From Octopus sinensis (lineage: Eukaryota): a DNA stretch of 64,000 nucleotides. Both the position numbers and the translations under genes were made by a program. The stretch lies in the NCBI RefSeq assembly GCF_006345805.1, contig NC_043000.1, positions 150,474,001-150,538,000 of the forward strand, in the 5' to 3' direction. Positions 60,401-64,000 of the stretch are shown in pieces. Within the stretch, counting starts at the first letter, position 1. Each line of letters starts with the position of its first letter. The notes under the pieces were generated by a model. It had not been told where the DNA came from and ran no database searches. It worked only from the letters and a program-made list of their open reading frames with translations.

Positions 60401-62854
60401 CGGGCCGACCAATGCCTTGTGAGTGGATTTGGTAGACGGAAACTGAAAGAAGCCTGTCGTATATATGTATGTGTGTGTTTGACAACCGATGCTGGTGTGT
60501 TTACGTCCCCCGTAACTTAGCGGTTCGGCAAAAGAGACCGATAGAATAAGTACTGGGCTTACAAAGAATAAGTCCCGGGTTCGATTTGCTCGACTAAAGG
60601 CGGTGCTCCAGCATGGCCGCAGTCAAATGACTGAAACAAGTAAAAAAAATATGGAAAACAAATACATTCTTCATGCATCTTATGAATTAAAATCCTGTGT
60701 TTTTCATCAAATAGTGGTAAACATTTCCATTCTGACTTAACCAGATAGATATCTTTAAATTCATTGTTGCATTTAAAAGTCCTTATACTTTAGCCAGTCA
60801 AAGCATGTTTGCTTTCTCTTGGATGGAAAACTAATCCGTAGATTAACTTTGTGGTGTTTCAGGTATAAGTCAACTCTTTTGGTGATTCCAATTAAACAAT
60901 TTGTTCTTTGTGACTATCAAAGTCATTTAAACAATGATAGTTCTGAGTTGTACCTTTCATAGACTAAGATATATTGATTTAGCCTCAGTTAATCAAGTTA
61001 TTTTCATCATTTGTAGGAATATAGGCTGTTAATAGTAGGTAGAGGAAACTAGTATTAGTAGAAAATTGGTGATCAAAGTATACTTAACCAGTAATGACAT
61101 GTTTGGCTGTAGTCTGAAAGATGCATGTGAACATTGCTCGTTCATAGAGTGCCTTTGGGTTTTATGAGAATAAGGGCATTTTATCTAAAAAAATGTTTTG
61201 GTAATATGAAATAGGAAGTGTCCGAAATTTTGGTCTAACATAAAGTCAGCAATGAGAACATTTATTTACAAAGTGTTCTTATAGATGCCTGAAAAACCTT
61301 TGTAATATCTTCATAGAAAATGATGAAGGTACAAAGGTTAGTCTTGGTGAAAAGGTACAATGGTTAGTCTTGGTGAACTATGACCCTACCACAGATTCTT
61401 TTGATTTGTGATTACAATGAAAGTGTATAAATAGACACTAACCCGAAATGTCCAGGCAGACGTGTCAATACACACACCAACCCTAAAAAAGATTTTTTCC
61501 CCCCTACGTTTCTTCGGATTTCTGCTTTTAACAACAAAATTTACAATTTTACCAAAAAAAAAAAAAAAAAATCTCTACAAAATATTAAATTTTATTCCCA
61601 ATTTTTTTCCTTAAATCCATATTTAAAATTACAGATAAGAGTTTTGAATTTCTTTTCTTTCAAAATTTCAATGCTGGTTATTTGCAATCATTTCCCACTT
61701 TCAATGTGTGATCATAAAACGAAAGAATGCCAACCATGGAATGTATGTATTAGAATTGACTGAGTAGTTCTGACCATTTTCAACTTTTGGTTAAAAGTTG
61801 CAATCAGGACTGAAAGCACAAACTAAGTTTCAACAGGTTCTGCATTACACATTCAATCTTGATTAATTCTACTTCAAGACACCCCAATTAGAACTCTAAT
61901 GACCTCAACACAAAGGAAGTCACTGCTGTGTTGTGCATCTTTTCACACACAACTCCACAATGTAAATAAATAACAGTTTATCTTCACTAGTCATAAGGCT
62001 GTGATTTCAATATTCAGTGAAAATGAATGAAATATATATAATTTATAATAGGTAGTTCTTAAGGTTTTAATACCAAATCTAAATAAGGTGATGATTCTGA
62101 AAAAAAAAATGTAAATAAATTGTCATAGAATTCTCCCTTAAAAATGTTTCAAGTGATAGAGTTTTGTTATGAAATCAATAATAATCAAAAATCAATTTCT
62201 GTTGCAATTATAACCATTATTTCTTAATCATTCAGAAGTACATGGATAACTTACAAAAAGTCAAGGTGTGATACAATAAATAGGTAAATCTATGCTACAG
62301 AGTTTAAAACAAAAGAAAGAAAAAAACAAGAAATACTGTACAGATTCGATATCTTTGGTTTTTTCTTCTGGTAATTCATTTGGCTCCGTTTCCTTATCTT
62401 TTTCGTCAAATAAAGGTAACCGCTTCCGAGCCGATTTCGTAGGTTTGATAATTGTAAATTCATTATTTGATTCAGGGGTCCTTGTATTTTGGTCGGGCAA
62501 GGTTTCTGTGTGTTTTCTTTTGGACGGGGAACAAATGAGTCGATTGTCTTGGGTCTTATGACAGAAAGGTGGTGTCTCGGGTTTTATTTGATTCTTACTT
62601 TTCGGTGATTCCAATTTAGTGCTTTGTTCGTTGCAAGTATCGAGTAATTCGACGACAGACGTTCGAGTCGGGTTGTATCTTTTAGATCGAGATATATTTT
62701 TCGATTGAACAGGACTTAATTTACTACTACTCTCTTTGGTTAGCTTTATCGCCACAGCATTTTCATTCACAGATTTATCTTGAACTAATTTCGTCTGACT
62801 GTTTTTCTTTCGAGCGTTGTAGTAGTTCGTGAGAGTCGATTGTTTCGCTTCCAT
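35588..62854 (-). CDS. CDT1: DNA replication licensing factor Cdt1, ~679 aa; join 62854-62342(donor uncertain), 52830-52600, 51343-51159, 48817-48629, 47655-47498, 44948-44848, 43335-43147, 41508-41398, 39559-39447, 36912-36824, 35748-35588
   Basis: N-terminal PIP degron QSTLTNYYNARK; Cy motif RKRL; geminin-binding region PAYKRF..LPYSY..LEEFF..VD.VV.MLHNR.E..TF.KL; GQIKTVYP; RWHPKF.LD.VPDI; KGIPSGLLERIRAKE; C-terminal winged helix; intron phases consistent, 2040 nt total. Confidence 0.95.
35914..36210 (+). mobile_element. tRNA-derived SINE, family-B head with V-domain-like 3' module and poly(A)
   Basis: Shared head, then GCGATGGACTGGCGTCCCGTCCAG and an A-tail. Confidence 0.8.
36824..36912 (-). 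CDS. CDT1: CDT1 exon 10 (89 nt)
   Basis: (T)YFITERKTTLLFNVVVEKICESYTSSISK; G|GTATTT donor. Confidence 0.92.
36913..39446 (-). other. U12-type GT-AG intron, CDT1 intron 9 (2534 nt)
   Basis: Donor GTATCCTTAA; consensus branch site TTTTCCTTAAC (36933-36923) 8 nt before the AG at 36914-36913; phase 2 matches on both sides. Confidence 0.93.
38528..39297 (-). mobile_element. RTE-type LINE 3' end carrying a 63-bp tandem array
   Basis: (CAT)n tail at 38528, family 3' UTR, 9 full 63-65-bp units starting 38701, 38764, 38827, 38892, 38955, 39018, 39081, 39144, 39207. Confidence 0.9.
39447..39559 (-). CDS. CDT1: CDT1 exon 9 (113 nt)
   Basis: IRAKETKRLEETITQTPLKAQREAMLKRLPTIYRIMR(T); ends AC|GTATCCTT. 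Confidence 0.93.
39678..40058 (-). mobile_element. SINE family A
   Basis: Full-length family A copy. Confidence 0.9.
41398..41508 (-). CDS. CDT1: CDT1 exon 8 (111 nt)
   Basis: VESALINVSKANSSPNKPSTPKVDTSIKGIPSGLLER; AG/GTAAGT. Confidence 0.93.
42445..42838 (-). mobile_element. SINE family A
   Basis: Full-length family A copy. Confidence 0.9.
43147..43335 (-). CDS. CDT1: CDT1 exon 7 (189 nt)
   Basis: EFLKSLPKPMTVSDDRLIRWHPKFRLDQVPDIQPSPLPQPPYVKVYQTAHEVLNATRGKLHPK. Confidence 0.95.
43925..44309 (-). mobile_element. SINE family A
   Basis: Full-length family A copy. Confidence 0.9.
44520..44745 (-). mobile_element. RTE/BovB-like LINE C-terminal fragment
   Basis: RPRTRWLDTIKRDTG..LREAAQDRTDWR..IQRVTESRL is a typical RTE ORF end. 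Confidence 0.7.
44848..44948 (-). CDS. CDT1: CDT1 exon 6 (101 nt)
   Basis: PENGNPHLTATHFIARKKMFHANLVKSVMTLHK; ctcttcag| and |GTAAGT. Confidence 0.93.
45060..45283 (+). mobile_element. CR1-type LINE 3' fragment
   Basis: [40 protein letters not shown] and (ATT)n tail. Confidence 0.85.
46625..46860 (-). mobile_element. SINE family C (Meta-domain-like core GCCTTTCATCCTTTCGGGGTCGATAAATTAAGTACC)
   Basis: Multicopy: also ~9375-9560, 12820-12955, 24005-24135, 34950-35150, 54945-55145; Meta-domain assignment from recalled consensus. Confidence 0.75.
47498..47655 (-). CDS. CDT1: CDT1 exon 5 (158 nt)
   Basis: DFKQEVLGQIKTVYPNAYDFKQEKGLPKLGYKYQGYQLTITPQLEESNMENS. Confidence 0.95.
48629..48817 (-). CDS. 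CDT1: CDT1 exon 4 (189 nt)
   Basis: TPAYKRFQHLILPIPSTLTLPYSYTVLEEFFQRVDDVVRMLHNRLEVCTFSKLKDAVEKSLK. Confidence 0.95.
49005..49420 (-). mobile_element. SINE family A
   Basis: Full-length family A copy. Confidence 0.9.
50055..50455 (+). mobile_element. SINE family A
   Basis: Full-length copy, opposite orientation to 49005-49420. Confidence 0.9.
51159..51343 (-). CDS. CDT1: CDT1 exon 3 (185 nt)
   Basis: LNLTPEKVKIDLMKCSKVEELKKQL...; tttcag| and AA|GTAAGT, phase matches next exon. Confidence 0.88.
52600..52830 (-). CDS. CDT1: CDT1 exon 2 (231 nt, low-complexity N-terminal region)
   Basis: tctcaacag| acceptor, open NIEEEKELEDSNFWELEF...PISPLPETPQK...VRQ, CAG|GTAGAG; phase 0-0; assignment rests on position and splice signals, not homology. 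Confidence 0.7.
53127..53509 (-). mobile_element. Non-autonomous Helitron (383 bp), same family
   Basis: Near-identical to 24314-24713 with the same termini. Confidence 0.85.
54382..54763 (+). mobile_element. SINE family A, slightly 5'-truncated
   Basis: Family A body and tail. Confidence 0.88.
55498..55722. mobile_element. piggyBac-type MITE (family 1)
   Basis: TTAA TSDs, same TIRs and interior. Confidence 0.85.
57419..57949. mobile_element. piggyBac-type MITE (family 1) interrupted by an RTE LINE tail (57478-~57800)
   Basis: TTAA TSDs at 57415-57418 and 57950-57953; interior resumes at AACAAAGAATTTAG. Confidence 0.82.
59049..59254. mobile_element. piggyBac-type MITE (family 1), reverse orientation
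   Basis: TTAA TSDs, same TIRs. Confidence 0.85.
60297..60645 (+). mobile_element. SINE family A
   Basis: Family A head, body and tail. Confidence 0.88.
60670..61010 (-). pseudogene. Decayed tandem copy (pseudo-exon) of CDT1 exon 1 within intron 1
   Basis: Colinear with 62340-62770; shared AGATATATT and GGTGATTCCAATT both at offset 1723; reads L T G * S I R T F K C N N E F K D I Y L V K S E W K C L P L F D E K versus LPDQNTRTPESNNEFTIIKPTKSARKRLPLFDEK; stops and frameshifts. Confidence 0.85.
62342..62854 (-). CDS. CDT1: CDT1 exon 1 coding part
   Basis: gaccATGG start, MEAKQSTLTNYYNARKK...KSARKRLPLFDEK; phase-0 donor TCT|GTACAG assumed (alternative GTATTT at 62336 would need an extra exon). 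Confidence 0.85.
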
Positions 62855-63111
62855 GGTCAACAGGGAAATAACACAAAACTCATTCAACGAGAAGATCTAA
62901 CAATAATTTTTCCCGCGCTTTGATCACGTGACGCAAAACGAGTAGAATTGGAAATAAACACGAATTTATATAGCTGTCGTTTAAACTTTTATCAATAACT
63001 ATAAATATTTAAAAGCAAATTAATAAACGGTTCCGTTAGTAAATAACTTTGAATTTACAAAATCCGAAACAAAATATAAGCAAAATTGCATTGCATAAAT
63101 CATAACTCAAA
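62855..63111. promoter_or_regulatory. Bidirectional CDT1/RELCH promoter
   Basis: Only 257 bp between divergent ATGs; CpG-rich; E2F site TTTCCCGC 62909-62916, E-box TCACGTGA 62924-62931, Myb-type AACGG-TT-CCGTTA 63026-63038. Confidence 0.8.
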
Positions 63112-63397
63112 ATGGCGGATGGTTCTAATTCTAATCCGTTCGTTGAGGACGATGGAGATTTTATTGAGAATGAGCTTGAAGAAAAGGCTTCAGAAAAGTC
63201 TCCTAGTTCGGACTGTACAGATATTTCTTGGGATAATATTGCCGTGAAGCTCTTACGCGATAATTTTGTTCTTACTGCTCTGGAGTTACACACTGAGCTG
63301 GTTGAATCCGGACGTGAACTACCCAGATTGCGAGATTATTTTTCGAATCCGGGAAATTTTGAACGAACAAAAGTCGAGACATCATCCCCGACACTAC
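63112..63397 (+). CDS. RELCH: RAB11-binding and LisH domain, coiled-coil and HEAT repeat protein (KIAA1468), exon 1; gene continues beyond the window
   Basis: aaaATGGCG start; LisH segment IAVKLLRDNFVLTALELHTELVESGRELPRLRDYFSNPGNFER matches RELCH; donor C|GTATGT at 63398. Confidence 0.93.
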
Positions 63398-64000
63398 GTA
63401 TGTAATTTAACATGCAATATTTTATATATCCGTGGCTTTCTGTATATATAAGTACTTTCGATTTCCGTTTACCTGACTGCTTTACCTGAATAGTTAGGGG
63501 GCGTAAACAATCTCTCCAACACCTGTGTGATTAAATTAAGTGTTCCGATGATGCTATGCGCTTCATATTTCGTGTTTATATACAATTAAATGCACAGCTT
63601 CTTGCAGTAAAAGCTTAATATCGCATAATATGTTGACTGTTTTATACTCATTTCGTCGTCTTAAGTTATTTATTTTGAAAGAGTAGAGTCGTTGTGTGTT
63701 GCTATTGACAACCAAACTGACGACTTATCGCAGATGCTGAATAGAATGTTTATCACCTGGGATGTTGGAATGTTTGTTTTCGCCTCGTTAAGATGCAGTC
63801 TTTTTCTTCATCTTTTTCATCATCTCTCTTTCTGTTCTTATTAAAAAAATTTTTTTTAACTTTAGAAGTAATCGATATGTTCCAAACGTAATTTATTGAT
63901 AAAAGTATGTAAAAGAAAATTAAATTCCAATGAGTTAAATCTGCTGGGAGAAGTGAAAATGAACACATGTCGTTCGTATAAATTGAGAGAGAGAGAGACT

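Noticed and set aside
61327-61378. 25-bp tandem duplication (AAGGTACAA.GGTTAGTCTTGGTGA x2)
   Set aside because: Ordinary local slippage in an intron with no further structure
62292-63293. ORFs 62292-62561 (+) and 63036-63293 (-)
   Set aside because: Antisense shadows of CDT1 exon 1 and RELCH exon 1

Overview
This is AT-rich, repeat-dense animal genomic DNA, most likely octopus/cephalopod (inferred from the SINE/LINE families, not proven). I traced four spliced protein-coding genes by hand using splice sites, phases and homology. RSU1 (- strand) has 7 coding exons at 15445->1072 and runs off the left edge. PFDN5 (+) is complete with 5 exons, 19759-27998, 156 aa. CDT1 (-) has 11 exons, 62854->35588, ~679 aa. 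RELCH/KIAA1468 exon 1 (+, 63112-63397) lies head-to-head with CDT1. The rest is tRNA-derived SINEs, RTE- and CR1-type LINE fragments, non-autonomous Helitrons, piggyBac/hAT/mariner MITEs and microsatellites. Main observations not explained by the annotation: (1) Three well-formed minimal hammerhead ribozyme motifs of Penelope-like type. One is sense inside a PFDN5 intron, two share a non-canonical CCGAUGA core, and two are flanked by inverted repeats; several decayed relatives also occur. (2) U12-type (minor spliceosome) introns in both PFDN5 and CDT1, the CDT1 one at a position where human CDT1 appears to have no intron. (3) A CpG-decayed tandem copy of CDT1 exon 1 inside intron 1, plus a duplicated CDT1 3' UTR block. 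(4) A perfect 54-bp-arm palindrome upstream of PFDN5. (5) A duplicated, covarying H/ACA-like hairpin in PFDN5 intron 1. (6) A compact CDT1/RELCH bidirectional promoter with E2F, E-box and Myb-type motifs. Human gene comparisons are from memory and need database confirmation. Repeat boundaries are approximate unless a TSD or TIR is quoted.
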